DNA of 64,000 nt from Bacteriovoracia bacterium (GCA_050251055.1 JBFWNL010000002.1:192001-256000), one strand, 5' to 3'; counted from the first letter of the stretch, positions 27,591 to 38,036 are shown. The notes: generated from the letters alone by a model not told the origin. Numbers and translations are program-made.

Positions 27591-28220
27591 ATGATAAATG
27601 ACGACTTTTGGCGCGACCTTTGGAAGGCAAACGATTCTCCTTGGCATCAGGCAGAACCCGAATCTCTGCTCGCACGGCACGCTCCTCCCGGCGCGGGTAA
27701 ACGCGCGCTCGTTCCCCTTTGCGGAAAGTCGGTGGATTTGCTTTGGCTCATGCGCCAAGGATTCGAGGTAACCGGCGTCGAACTCAGCGAAATTCCTTGC
27801 CGAATGTTCTTCGAAGAAAGCGGCCTGCCCTATCGGGTGGAAAAGCGCGACGGATTTTCGGTGTTTCAAGGCGAACACATCCAAATCTGGTGTGGGGATT
27901 TTTTTCAGGTACCGGATTCAGCGCTCGCGCACGCGGATTACCTTTACGACCGCGCCGCGCTCATCGCCTTACCGCCCCAGGTACGGGAGAAATACGCCGC
28001 GCGCATCGCGAAGCTGGCACCGCGGCTGATGCACATTATTGGTCGCGAGGGCCGAGGCATGCCCGATGAGGGGCCTCCGTTTCGCGTGGACGAATCAGAG
28101 ATTCGGCGACTCTATTCGGCTGACTTCGCGATCGATATCTTGCAATCCTACGAACGCCCCAGCCGCCGCGATCCTTCCCTGCCCGTTAAAGAAAGCCTCT
28201 ACCGTCTAACGCCGTCATGA
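27591..28220 (+). CDS. tpm: Thiopurine S-methyltransferase family
   Basis: LVPLCGKSVD, GVELS, GDFF, YDRAALIALP, GPPF. Confidence 0.88.
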   Translation: MINDDFWRDLWKANDSPWHQAEPESLLARHAPPGAGKRALVPLCGKSVDLLWLMRQGFEVTGVELSEIPCRMFFEESGLPYRVEKRDGFSVFQGEHIQIWCGDFFQVPDSALAHADYLYDRAALIALPPQVREKYAARIAKLAPRLMHIIGREGRGMPDEGPPFRVDESEIRRLYSADFAIDILQSYERPSRRDPSLPVKESLYRLTPS

Positions 28221-28299
28221 TTTTGGCGTTGCTTGAGAAAAATGCTTATTTTCCGCGCGCCTTGACCAGCGGGATTTAAATTTCGATAATTGTTCGGAC

Positions 28300-29793
28300 G
28301 TGCCCGAGAAAGACGGAATTTTCTCACCGCGAAGGAGTCTCGCCTTATCGCTGGTGCTGCTGGGATCAGCCGCGCTTTCGAGTCAGCACGCGAATGCCGA
28401 AGCGCCGGGACGCGTGGCCGCGATTCAATTCGCCGCCGAAGAGCCCACTCCCCTGAACGTCACCCCGGATGAAGCCCAACGCTACCAAAAACGTATGTGG
28501 AACGAGCTGGCGAAACCCATCCGCCAAGCCGCGGCCGCTGGCGCCGAGCTGGTTGTCACCCCCGAACTCTCCGCAGCGGGTTATCCCGCCGACGATTACT
28601 ACACCCGTGACGACGTCGCTCCCCACGCCGACACGATTCCGGGCCGCGCCACCCGGCACTTCGGAGCCCTGGCGAAAGAGCTGGGGATCTACCTTCACAT
28701 CGGATTGATCGAACGCCGTGGCGAACGATATTTCAACGCGGTCGTGGCGCTGAACCCCCAAGGCGGCATTTCGGCGAGCTATCGGAAGATCAACCTATTC
28801 GGCATGGAGCCCCGCTACTTCGACTCGGGGAGGGAGCTGGCCAGCTATGTCACGCCGTTTGGTAGAGTGGCCATGATTATCTGCGCGGATGTCTATAACG
28901 CTTACCCCATGAAATCCTACCGGGACCAAGGCATCCAGCTTTTCGCCATGGGCGCGAGCTGGACCGTGAGCAGCGCCCTCGCCAGCTTTTCCAACTATGC
29001 TAGATCCAACGCCATGCACCTCATCGCGGCGAATACGCCGTACTTTCCCGGATCGGCCGTGGTGCGACCGGATGGCAGCCTTCAAGGTTCCGTCGCGCGC
29101 GGCGCCGGCGTCGCGTACGGCACATGGCCCCGAAAACGAAAAAAAACCGTATTTCTGATGACGTCCCCGCCACTCCGGCGTAACCTGGGGCGCATGTCGC
29201 TTACCGAAATCCAAAAAATAGAATCCGAGATCATGCAGCTCTCCATGAAGCTTCAAACGCTTCGTGCGGAAGCCAAACCCCAGCCTGTAAAAAACTACTC
29301 GTTCCAGGAACTCACCGGGGAAACGAACCTACTCGACCTCTTCGCCGACAAGGATGTTCTCTTCGTGATCCACAACATGGGTCAAGGCTGCCGATACTGT
29401 ACCCTCTGGGCAGACGGATTGAATGGATTTCTCCCACACTTGGAGGATCGCTTCGCCGTGGCCCTCGTGTCCAAAGACTCGCCTGCGGATCAACGGCGGA
29501 TCGCTAATCAACGCGGCTGGCGTTTTCGCATGGCTTCGCACGGTGGCGGCGCCTATATCCAGGAGCAGAGCGTGACCGGCACCGAGAAAAATGCTCCCGG
29601 CCTCGTCTGCTACGTGCGCGAAGGACAGCAGATTTTCAAAAAGAACTCCGCGGTTTTCGGGCCTGGTGACCTGTACTGCTCTATCTGGCACGTCTTGGGA
29701 CTGGGAGGGTTTAACGCCGAAAATTGGACCCCTCAATATACTTATTGGAAACGTCCCGAAAAGCTCGACGACGGTGGAAATAACGTCCTTTAA
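28300..29793 (+). CDS. Carbon-nitrogen hydrolase in frame with a DUF899 thioredoxin-like protein (probably two genes; second ATG at 29194)
   Basis: PE, YRKINL, ICAD triad in the first part; HNMGQGCRYCTLWADG, RGWRF in the second. Confidence 0.75.
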   Translation: MPEKDGIFSPRRSLALSLVLLGSAALSSQHANAEAPGRVAAIQFAAEEPTPLNVTPDEAQRYQKRMWNELAKPIRQAAAAGAELVVTPELSAAGYPADDYYTRDDVAPHADTIPGRATRHFGALAKELGIYLHIGLIERRGERYFNAVVALNPQGGISASYRKINLFGMEPRYFDSGRELASYVTPFGRVAMIICADVYNAYPMKSYRDQGIQLFAMGASWTVSSALASFSNYARSNAMHLIAANTPYFPGSAVVRPDGSLQGSVARGAGVAYGTWPRKRKKTVFLMTSPPLRRNLGRMSLTEIQKIESEIMQLSMKLQTLRAEAKPQPVKNYSFQELTGETNLLDLFADKDVLFVIHNMGQGCRYCTLWADGLNGFLPHLEDRFAVALVSKDSPADQRRIANQRGWRFRMASHGGGAYIQEQSVTGTEKNAPGLVCYVREGQQIFKKNSAVFGPGDLYCSIWHVLGLGGFNAENWTPQYTYWKRPEKLDDGGNNVL

Positions 29794-29848
29794 AAAAGAA
29801 AAGGCCGCGCTTCTTGTTCGGGGCCTATCCTAGTGAAGCGCGGCCTTT
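29792..29848 (-). terminator. Rho-independent terminator with the stronger U-tract on the minus strand
   Basis: 14-bp stem AAAGGCCGCGCTTC / GAAGCGCGGCCTTT, A-tract on the left flank. Confidence 0.7.
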
Positions 29849-30028
29849 GAATACTTCCACTGTGGTTAGCTAGAAGCACTCGGCTGGGAACCTAATTGTG
29901 TATCCAGGTTACCCCGCCTTTACGCCGCGGACAACGAACTCCCGGCGCCAACCTTGAGTCGTCGACCACGGTCGTGCACGAACCCGGCTTCAGGAGTCTG
30001 TGAACAGCCGTGAACGGAGAATGCCGCC
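29795..30028 (-). ncRNA. Candidate structured ncRNA (6S-like or unknown)
   Basis: Intergenic; nested complementary blocks; TATAAG -10 upstream and terminator downstream on the minus strand. Confidence 0.35.
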
Positions 30029-30093
30029 TAAACCCCTTATATTCGTTCATTTTTTAGCCAAATCCCTAAACTGGAACTCGACTGGGGGATTGC

Positions 30094-31554
30094 TTGGGGA
30101 CAAAAAAATACTTCCATATAGGGGTAGGAGCGGTCTTAGCGATCGTTTCGGCAAACGCGGCGCGGGCCTACGACCCTATCGTAGAATCTCAAAAGCGCCT
30201 CCGTGGCGTTGCGCTCCTGAATAGGTGCTATCTCATCATGGCGGGTCGCGCGCCCGCCTTCACCGATCCGATCTATCTCGCAGTAAAAGCGGGTACCCGC
30301 ACCGGCGCACAAGGCTGCATGGACTTGCTGGACAAAGCCCTTCTCAATGGCCAAGACCGCGTGGCCGACGCAACGGCGGGTTCTCTGGGCCTAGCCGTGC
30401 TCAATCACTTCCAACGGTTTCATCGCGGCTGGTTTCCGGTGGGCGACTTCGACGGACTAATGGGTCGCGGGGACAACGACCGCGTCCACCTGGACTCGAG
30501 CGCCGGAGCTAACTTCATTACCTATAACCTTTTCAAGGGACGGCCCTACTCCGAGACGGTCACGGGCGCGCAGGACATGCGCGCTCTTCGCAGCGAAGGC
30601 GTGGCGATGGTCCTGGGGGACAGCAACTACCAAGGCAGTCATGTGAACGGGGTAAAAGTCGGTACCTTGATCGGTGTTACCCCGTGGGCGACCGGGACGG
30701 GCTGGTACATGCGCAACGGGACGATGTTAAACTCCGCCACTGACTACAATCTCTACGGACAAAACGTACCGCCGGCCGGTTCACAGCTGCCACCCCGCGT
30801 TTCCGGAAACTCCGGAATTCTCGGCAGCAACTCCTACATCTACGGCAACATCCCAGGAAGCCGTCGGCCGGATGGCGCGCTCGCCATGAACCGCATATTA
30901 GCGAAAAACACCCTGGAGTCCCTCCTGTGTTTGAAAGCACCTTTTATCCGCGACGCCGACGCCGCCGGTTACGTCACTCCGGGCGCGGCCGCCCCGTTCC
31001 GCACGAACGCCCAATGCATGGCCTGCCACTACACCCAAGATTCCCTATCGGCCGCTTGGCGCAACTATGCAGTTTCGGGTTACCTCGTGATCGAGGGCGA
31101 TAAGACTGCCTTCGCCTCGCGCTACCCGGCCAACGGGGGACCAAACAGCCAACTCAACCATCACCTCGTTCAAGCAAGCGGAAACTATGGCTCGACCTAC
31201 CCTTACTTCACGCTGAAGTTCCGTAGTTACCTCGAAGGCGCTCCCTTGAAGGAGTTCAACGTCATCGACGTGATCAACTCCGACCAGGCCCTAGCCCGCA
31301 TGGGCCAGATATTTTCGGAGCAAGATGAATTTTACGCCTGCGCGGCGAAGCGATACTTCGCACATTTTACCGGCATCGACGCAAACTTCGCCGATCCCGG
31401 ACGGACGCCGCTAAATGCACAAGAAATTTACTATAAAGCGAAAGTGCTGGAGTTAGGCCAACGCCTCAAGCAGCACCAAAGCCTGCGGACGCTAATTCAG
31501 GAAATCGTGGAATCGGAACTGTTCCAGAAACAGGGACAGCGGGACCTTTACTAA
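30094..31554 (+). CDS. Secreted monoheme protein, DUF1585/DUF1588 (PSD/PSCyt)-like
   Basis: Signal peptide, CMACH, FYACAAKRYF..FTG, LRTLIQEIVES..F. Confidence 0.7.
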   Translation: MGTKKYFHIGVGAVLAIVSANAARAYDPIVESQKRLRGVALLNRCYLIMAGRAPAFTDPIYLAVKAGTRTGAQGCMDLLDKALLNGQDRVADATAGSLGLAVLNHFQRFHRGWFPVGDFDGLMGRGDNDRVHLDSSAGANFITYNLFKGRPYSETVTGAQDMRALRSEGVAMVLGDSNYQGSHVNGVKVGTLIGVTPWATGTGWYMRNGTMLNSATDYNLYGQNVPPAGSQLPPRVSGNSGILGSNSYIYGNIPGSRRPDGALAMNRILAKNTLESLLCLKAPFIRDADAAGYVTPGAAAPFRTNAQCMACHYTQDSLSAAWRNYAVSGYLVIEGDKTAFASRYPANGGPNSQLNHHLVQASGNYGSTYPYFTLKFRSYLEGAPLKEFNVIDVINSDQALARMGQIFSEQDEFYACAAKRYFAHFTGIDANFADPGRTPLNAQEIYYKAKVLELGQRLKQHQSLRTLIQEIVESELFQKQGQRDLY

Positions 31555-31568
31555 GACGGGGTAGATGT

Positions 31569-33239
31569 ATGTGCGATCATCACAAGAAAACGCTTTCGAG
31601 ACGAGACTGGCTGGCACTCGCAGGCGCCGCATCGATCATCACGATGAAGCGCGACCCCCTCTATCTTCTCGTGAAAAGCATGATCAACGGCATGATAGTC
31701 CAGTCTGCCAACGCCGAAAACCCCAACGAATACCCTCGCAGTTATTTCTTAATCATGAGCCAGGGAGGCTACAACGGGTGGACGAGCATTTGCGGTTTGC
31801 AAGACGTAGCGAACAATCCCGTGCAAACGCATGCGGTCGTTCGCAACAAGTTCAATACCCCCAACTACTCCGGAAGTCTGGGGGATTTGGCCTACGGTCA
31901 CTATCTCTGGAACAGCACGAGCAATAACAACCAGCGGCCCACCTACCTCCCGGCGATTTGGGAAACCACCATCCCCACCCGATCCGGGGGAAGCGCGCCG
32001 ATGACCAGCGTACTCAACAACGCCTTAATCTTTCGGGGCACGAGCATGCAGGCCGATGTCGGCCATGACATCGGACGCATTCTAGTTCCCCAGCCGGACT
32101 TATCCAAACCGAGCGTCACCGGCATCGCCGCCGATAAGTTCGTCGAAGTCTCGCGGTATCTGGCGGCGAATTCCCAGATGCCTCTCTATCAAATTCCGGC
32201 CTTCGCCCAAGTTTCGGCCAATGTGGAGCAAGGCCTGGGGTACAACTCCGCCTCCGGAACGGGTTTATATGTGGCGCGCGGCCGCGGTAGCTATGCCACC
32301 TGGCTACATAAGCTTTTGGGGGGATTCAGCTTCGACAACCCGGCGATCAACCTCAACAACAAAGCCCTGATGGAACAATACATTTCGGCCGCCCTCCAAG
32401 AGCTAGGCGACTACCATAAGAGCGGAAAGCCCGGTGCGGCCAATCTGTACGACAGCTACCGAAACGCGGAAGATCTGTTCCGCCGTTCCTTCGGAAATCT
32501 GACCGACCAATGGAACGCGCTCTACGCGAAGTACTTGGATCTGGCGAAACGCGCGGCCGCCAGCGTGCCCTACCTGATTCCCGCGGGTGGCACGGATCCT
32601 AACTCCGCCGGTTTGAGCCACATGGCCACCGAGTTCGCGCTCATGGAGTTCATCCGCAGCAATGATCTGGTGGGCGTGACGACTTTCCACCGTCCCGGCA
32701 CAATCGATACCGGCACCTTCACCCACGATCTGGACGAGCACACCCAGGAAGGCCGTAACATGACCCGATCGGTGGTGGCGATGAACTACTGGATGCGCAT
32801 GGTTGTCGCGATGATTAACGAGTTTCGCACAGCCGTAGGCGCCACGCGCTGGGAGGACACCGTGGTCCAACTCGGTACCGAATTCGGTCGTGAACCCCGC
32901 TTTGCCCACACGGACGGGAGCGAGCACGGACCAGATGCTTCGCATCTCCTAGCCTTCAGCGGAGCGATCCAGGAGTTCCAGTACGGCGGAAACGTTCAAA
33001 AAAATACGCAGCAAACCACCAACGGAACTACGTACAACCAAGGCTGCTACGGACGCTCGATTCCCGTCCAATACACCAACGACGTAGGCCAGCTGCTTAC
33101 CGCCACGATCACTAACGAGCACATGGCCTCAACGATCGCGCGATTAGTCGGTGTGCCGTCACCGGTGACGGCAGCCTCGCTGGTGGAACAAGTAGGCGCG
33201 ACGTTTAAACTTCGCACTGAATCTCCGAAAACCGTTTAG
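31569..33239 (+). CDS. Tat-exported DUF1501-like protein
   Basis: LSRRDWL twin-arginine motif; DEH; TVVQLGTEFGREP; GSEHG. Confidence 0.75.
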   Translation: MCDHHKKTLSRRDWLALAGAASIITMKRDPLYLLVKSMINGMIVQSANAENPNEYPRSYFLIMSQGGYNGWTSICGLQDVANNPVQTHAVVRNKFNTPNYSGSLGDLAYGHYLWNSTSNNNQRPTYLPAIWETTIPTRSGGSAPMTSVLNNALIFRGTSMQADVGHDIGRILVPQPDLSKPSVTGIAADKFVEVSRYLAANSQMPLYQIPAFAQVSANVEQGLGYNSASGTGLYVARGRGSYATWLHKLLGGFSFDNPAINLNNKALMEQYISAALQELGDYHKSGKPGAANLYDSYRNAEDLFRRSFGNLTDQWNALYAKYLDLAKRAAASVPYLIPAGGTDPNSAGLSHMATEFALMEFIRSNDLVGVTTFHRPGTIDTGTFTHDLDEHTQEGRNMTRSVVAMNYWMRMVVAMINEFRTAVGATRWEDTVVQLGTEFGREPRFAHTDGSEHGPDASHLLAFSGAIQEFQYGGNVQKNTQQTTNGTTYNQGCYGRSIPVQYTNDVGQLLTATITNEHMASTIARLVGVPSPVTAASLVEQVGATFKLRTESPKTV

Positions 33240-33250
33240 AGGAGTCGACG

Positions 33251-36200
33251 ATGAGTATCTTTAAAAAACTCCTCGTATTCACCCAAATCCTGGGCTGCGT
33301 AACCGCCGCTGGCCTCACCGCAGGTTGCGGCCAGGTGAAGCTCTACAACGCCCAACGCCAACTCGCGAACCTTCAACAAAATCGGCCTGACGCATCATTA
33401 GAAGAAGAGTTTCGCCAGATCATGGACAAGCGCTGCACGAACTGCCACCGCGCCGGGGGATCGGTGCCGACCTCCCCGCTGGACCGCTCCGTCACTCTTC
33501 AGGCCATGACCGATTCCGGCATGATCTTTCCGGGTAACGCTCCCCGTTCGAAGGTCTTCAATCGCCTCATCGGCGCCGGCGGATTGAACCCCACGCTTGA
33601 AAACATGCCCATGGGATCGGGCGCCCTCCCCTACGCCGAAATGGTGACCATCCGTCAATTTATCGAATCGCTTGGCGATCCCAGCCTCGTACCTCAGCTG
33701 GATTGGATCAGCCCAGCCGTAGGCCAGCGCTCAACCAATCAGCTCACGATGCCGTTCGTCGTGAGCTGCACCCGCGGATTTCCGGTTTCCGTGACCGGCC
33801 CGGACATCGCGCCGATTCAAACCGATTGTCCGCCCGGGGGCCAAATCAGCGGGACGTTGATGTTCACGCACGGCGGGACCTATCCGGCCGCGATCTCTGC
33901 CAAGCAACGCGTCTACTCACTCAATCTTCAATCCGACATCTCGATTGCCTTCGACAACGTCGCGCCCGTCGTGACCACCGACTTCCAGGCCAACCAGCAA
34001 GTGCTCGCGAGCGTCACCGCCGCCGGCAACTGCACCACCGGCGACAGCCAAGTAAAAATCCAGATTATCGGCGGTGCCATGTTCCTGGGCAATTGCGCGG
34101 CTGGACGCTACTCCATTCCCGTCACGTTCACCGCGCCCGACGGCAACAAAGATCTCGAAATCACTCAAACCGATGCCCTCCAAAACCAGGGCCGGGTCAC
34201 TATTCGCCTCGTGCGTAACACCGCCGTCCCGCTCGTGACGATCACCCAGCCCGTAAACGGGCTGCGCACCCGCGTGGCTAACCAGCAGGTCCGCGGCGCG
34301 TGCGACCAAGCCACTGTACGCGTGATTAGCTCCCGCATCATGGGATCACCCCAAGCGGGAAATTGCGTAAACGGGACATATAATGTCCCGGTGACTTTTC
34401 TGAGCCCCGATGGGCCCGTGGATATTCGCGTCGAATCGACCAACTCGCCCGGCACCGTGGGCTTTGCCCTGGGAAGTTACTTTCTAGACACGACCCCTCC
34501 GGCCGTGGTCGTTCAAGCCCCGCTCAGTGGAGCCACCGTTCCGACGACTACGGTCGCATTTGACGTGCTCTGTGAATCAGGCCGTAACGTCGATCTCTCG
34601 AGCTCGAACTCTGGTCTGGTTACTCCGAACGTCGTACTCTGCCCGGCCACAGGGCGCGCGCAGTTCAATGTCACGCTCTCGAGTATCCCTGGCGCCAAGA
34701 ACATTCAAGTCGCGCAGACGGACGAGGCGCAAAACGTGACGCAGATCCCGCTTACGATCAACTACCAGCCTCCGCCTGCCCAGATGTTGGCCATTCTCTC
34801 TCCCGTGACGGGAACGAGTTTCAATCAGGTTTCGATCCCCGCGCAAATTCGTTGCTCGACGAACGCGGGCGATGGGAACGTTACCGTTTCGGGCACGCGT
34901 ATCACCAGTCTGAGCGCAGTCTGTCCGACCGGCGGCGTCTGGTCGGTTAACCTCACCGCGCAGCCGGGCGAGTACCAGAACTCGCCAATCAATGCCGCCC
35001 AGACGATCTCCGGCACGGGCCAGAACGTTTCCGTGCAATTTAGCATGGACACCACGCCACCTTCACTCACCACGACGTTGGTAAACGGTCAGCGGGTGCA
35101 ACGCACTATCAACGTGCAGGGAACTTGCTCGGAAAATGGCCGCGCCGTCACCGTGTCGGGAGATCTGATGAACACCATCAATACGAGCTGCAGTAACGGC
35201 AGCTACACCGCCGCCGTCACTCTGAGTGGATCTGACGGAAACAAGTATCTTTCGATCGAGCACCGAGACGCGGCGACGAACCCGACCGTGATCACCCGTC
35301 AAGTGATCCTAGACACTATCCCGCCGGTGCTCACTATTGCGAGCCCGGCCCCCGGTAGTATCGTATCGTCGGCGAGCATCACCGTTACCGGCACCTGCGA
35401 AACCGGTCTCACGGTGAGCCTGGCGGGTAACATCAACGCGGCCCCGCAGACCACTACGTGCGCGGCCGGCACTTTTAGTAAGGCCGTGGCGCTCTCAGGC
35501 GGCGACGGCCCTAAACAAATCAACGCCTTTAGCGTCGATGGTGCGAATAATCGTACGGATGTGAACTTAAACCTCACGCTCGACGCCAGCGCTCCCAACG
35601 TAGTAATCACCACCCCCGTGGAGGGCAGCTACCAGAACACCGCCGCCGTCAGTATCACTGGCACCTGCGAAAGTCCGATCCCAGTCGTCATTTCGGGCGG
35701 CCTCACTCAGACCTACAGCGCAGCCTGTAACGGTAATACATTTTCACAAGTGGCAACGCTGAGCGGGGGAGATGGTCCCAAAACCATCACCGCACGCCAA
35801 ACCGACGGAGCAAATAACGTCGGACAAAACTCGGTGACGGTAAACCTCGACACCCTGAATCCGGTCTTCGTCATCACCTTCCCCGCCAATAACGGCGATG
35901 TCGCCCCGCCTACCCTAACCGTCACGGGCACCTGCGAAAACGGAAACCTACTAACGGTCACGGCCGCCGGCACCAGCGGATCGGTAACCTGCGCGGGCGG
36001 CGCCTTCTCGCGGGCCTTCGATATCTCGGCGATCCCATTCGGATTCTATCAGCTATCGGTAACCGCGCGCGATCAAGCGCTAAACATGAGCTCGCAGACG
36101 ATCCCGTACTTTCGACTGCCCAACAACCCCACCAGTCCGTTCGGCAAGGCCCAACGTGTGATGGGCCGCTACTGTATGGGGTGCCACATGGAAATGGCGA

Positions 36201-37108
36201 CCAACACCGAGGCCCAATACGTGGCTCCGCGCGTGATTCCCGGCAACCCGAACCAGAGTACGCTCACCATGCGCACCCGCTTTAGTCCCACCGGCGGGGC
36301 AAGTTCCACCATGCCTCTTAACCCCACTCTCTACAACGCGTTCACTCAGTCCGACTATAACGACCTGGCGAACTGGATCACCAACTACAGTGGTGGCGGA
36401 AGCGGCGGAAGTGGAGGTGGTGGTACCGGAACCACGGTTGCTACCGTACCCGGTGAGAAGTTGATCCTGATGGACCGATTTGCCCTGAAAAGTAAGCTTT
36501 CGAATATCTACGGCATCGCCACCGGTTCGGCCTATGGTAACGGACTCAATCCCGCCGACCGCTTGCTCGCGCAGGTCTCGATTTTCGGAGGGCCGTGCGA
36601 CGCCACGAACATTTCTTACAGCAGTGCCGTCGCTAACGGAAACGTAATGGAGACCGCCCTCGCCCTCGACTCGGGAAAATGCGGCTACCAAGATTCCTAC
36701 CCCGGACGTTATAGCATCGTCGACAATGAAGACCGTCGTGCGGCTACGCGTCCAATCTCGTTTCCTCCCCGCGAAGGCTTTCGTATCAAGTCGTGTTGGG
36801 ACATCGGTTACAAGGACGGGGAATCAGTCTTCAACGACTACCTCAAGAACGCCATCAGCAACGCGACCGGAGTAGCGGTCGCGAGCATCGCCAACCACGT
36901 AAATACGAATCCCGTACCCAACGACGCCGAAATCCGTGCGGCCTATGAAATGTTCTATCCCCAAGGCGATCTGCCGACGGCTGCGCTCGATAAGCTGAAA
37001 ACCGTAGCCACCCAGGCAAATTCCAGGTTCGGTTCAACCCGTAAATGGGAGGCATGGCGCTACTTACTCACCACCCTCTGCTTAAGTCCCGAATGGCAAG
37101 CGCAATAA
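33251..37108 (+). CDS. 1285-aa lipoprotein: cytochrome c + nine Cys-pair Ig-like repeats + cytochrome c + C-terminal helical domain
   Basis: LTAGC lipobox; CTNCH..PG...S....MP; D..PP-initiated ~90-aa repeats; CMGCH..MP; Gly linker. Confidence 0.8.
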   Translation: MSIFKKLLVFTQILGCVTAAGLTAGCGQVKLYNAQRQLANLQQNRPDASLEEEFRQIMDKRCTNCHRAGGSVPTSPLDRSVTLQAMTDSGMIFPGNAPRSKVFNRLIGAGGLNPTLENMPMGSGALPYAEMVTIRQFIESLGDPSLVPQLDWISPAVGQRSTNQLTMPFVVSCTRGFPVSVTGPDIAPIQTDCPPGGQISGTLMFTHGGTYPAAISAKQRVYSLNLQSDISIAFDNVAPVVTTDFQANQQVLASVTAAGNCTTGDSQVKIQIIGGAMFLGNCAAGRYSIPVTFTAPDGNKDLEITQTDALQNQGRVTIRLVRNTAVPLVTITQPVNGLRTRVANQQVRGACDQATVRVISSRIMGSPQAGNCVNGTYNVPVTFLSPDGPVDIRVESTNSPGTVGFALGSYFLDTTPPAVVVQAPLSGATVPTTTVAFDVLCESGRNVDLSSSNSGLVTPNVVLCPATGRAQFNVTLSSIPGAKNIQVAQTDEAQNVTQIPLTINYQPPPAQMLAILSPVTGTSFNQVSIPAQIRCSTNAGDGNVTVSGTRITSLSAVCPTGGVWSVNLTAQPGEYQNSPINAAQTISGTGQNVSVQFSMDTTPPSLTTTLVNGQRVQRTINVQGTCSENGRAVTVSGDLMNTINTSCSNGSYTAAVTLSGSDGNKYLSIEHRDAATNPTVITRQVILDTIPPVLTIASPAPGSIVSSASITVTGTCETGLTVSLAGNINAAPQTTTCAAGTFSKAVALSGGDGPKQINAFSVDGANNRTDVNLNLTLDASAPNVVITTPVEGSYQNTAAVSITGTCESPIPVVISGGLTQTYSAACNGNTFSQVATLSGGDGPKTITARQTDGANNVGQNSVTVNLDTLNPVFVITFPANNGDVAPPTLTVTGTCENGNLLTVTAAGTSGSVTCAGGAFSRAFDISAIPFGFYQLSVTARDQALNMSSQTIPYFRLPNNPTSPFGKAQRVMGRYCMGCHMEMATNTEAQYVAPRVIPGNPNQSTLTMRTRFSPTGGASSTMPLNPTLYNAFTQSDYNDLANWITNYSGGGSGGSGGGGTGTTVATVPGEKLILMDRFALKSKLSNIYGIATGSAYGNGLNPADRLLAQVSIFGGPCDATNISYSSAVANGNVMETALALDSGKCGYQDSYPGRYSIVDNEDRRAATRPISFPPREGFRIKSCWDIGYKDGESVFNDYLKNAISNATGVAVASIANHVNTNPVPNDAEIRAAYEMFYPQGDLPTAALDKLKTVATQANSRFGSTRKWEAWRYLLTTLCLSPEWQAQ

Positions 37109-37268
37109 AACGGTATCTGCCGTTAGACGCGCGGGGAGAAGGGATAAAAAAACCTCTCGGCTCACATAGCAGCTCCTTGGACAACGCCCACGATACGGGC
37201 TTTTAGCAAGCCATCGTTCGCGCAAATCCCAGTTGACGATTTCACTCCCTATCAAAGACAATTCAGGG

Positions 37269-38036
37269 ATGTTCCGACATCGACTCCAAAAAGCCCGAAC
37301 CATTCGGGTGCATGTGGACTGGCTAATATTGAGCTTCATTGCCGGATGCGTGAACGCGGGGGGGTTCCTGGGTGCGCATCGATTCGTAAGTCACGTCACG
37401 GGATTCGCGACCTTGTTCGGCGCCGAGGCTGCACGTGGGAAGTGGGACCAAGCGATCGGCATCCTCTCCGTCCCGGCTTTCTTCCTGCTGGGTGTGATCG
37501 TTTCCGCCTACCTCGTGGACAACCGTGTTCATCGGGGAAAGCGGCCGCACTACGCCACGGTCATGGCCCTGGTCTGCAGCTGCATGCTCGTTGCGGCGAT
37601 CGGAGGACGTTTCCACTGGTTCGGCGAGTTCGGTAGCGAGCCCAAACTGAGCGCCGACTACTTCTTCTTGGCGCTGCTTTGCGCGGCCAGCGGTTTGCAG
37701 AACGCCGCGATTTCCAGCGCGTCCGGCGCCACCGTACGCACGACCCATCTAACGGGACTCACGACTGACCTGGGCATCGGATTCGTGCGCGCCCTTACGG
37801 ACCGCGACCAATACCGCGCCGAAATGCGCGCCACCCAGCACCGACTCGGCATGATCGCCACCTTCGCCAGCGGATCGGCGGTCGCCTCCTACGCTTTCTT
37901 AAAAGTGGCTTTCCTGGGATTTCTGCTGCCGGCGGGACTGGCCGCCTATCTGTTTTTCGAGGCGCTCGCCCCCTATCGGAGATTGCGCCGTTTACGCCGG
38001 GCTCAGTCCACGCAAAGCGCGGTCAAGTCTTTATAG
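37269..38036 (+). CDS. YoaK/DUF1275 membrane protein
   Basis: AGCVNA.GF, FVSHVTG, GLQNA, VRTTHLTGLTTDLG. Confidence 0.9.
   Translation: MFRHRLQKARTIRVHVDWLILSFIAGCVNAGGFLGAHRFVSHVTGFATLFGAEAARGKWDQAIGILSVPAFFLLGVIVSAYLVDNRVHRGKRPHYATVMALVCSCMLVAAIGGRFHWFGEFGSEPKLSADYFFLALLCAASGLQNAAISSASGATVRTTHLTGLTTDLGIGFVRALTDRDQYRAEMRATQHRLGMIATFASGSAVASYAFLKVAFLGFLLPAGLAAYLFFEALAPYRRLRRLRRAQSTQSAVKSL

Noticed and set aside
29980-29990. GAACCCGGCTT resembling the RNase P RNA 3' motif
   Set aside because: No matching 5' GAGGAAAGTCC element and the interval is too short
36388-36430. GGT/GGC-rich tandem-like sequence
   Set aside because: Encodes a Gly/Ser linker with varied codons; not a DNA-level repeat
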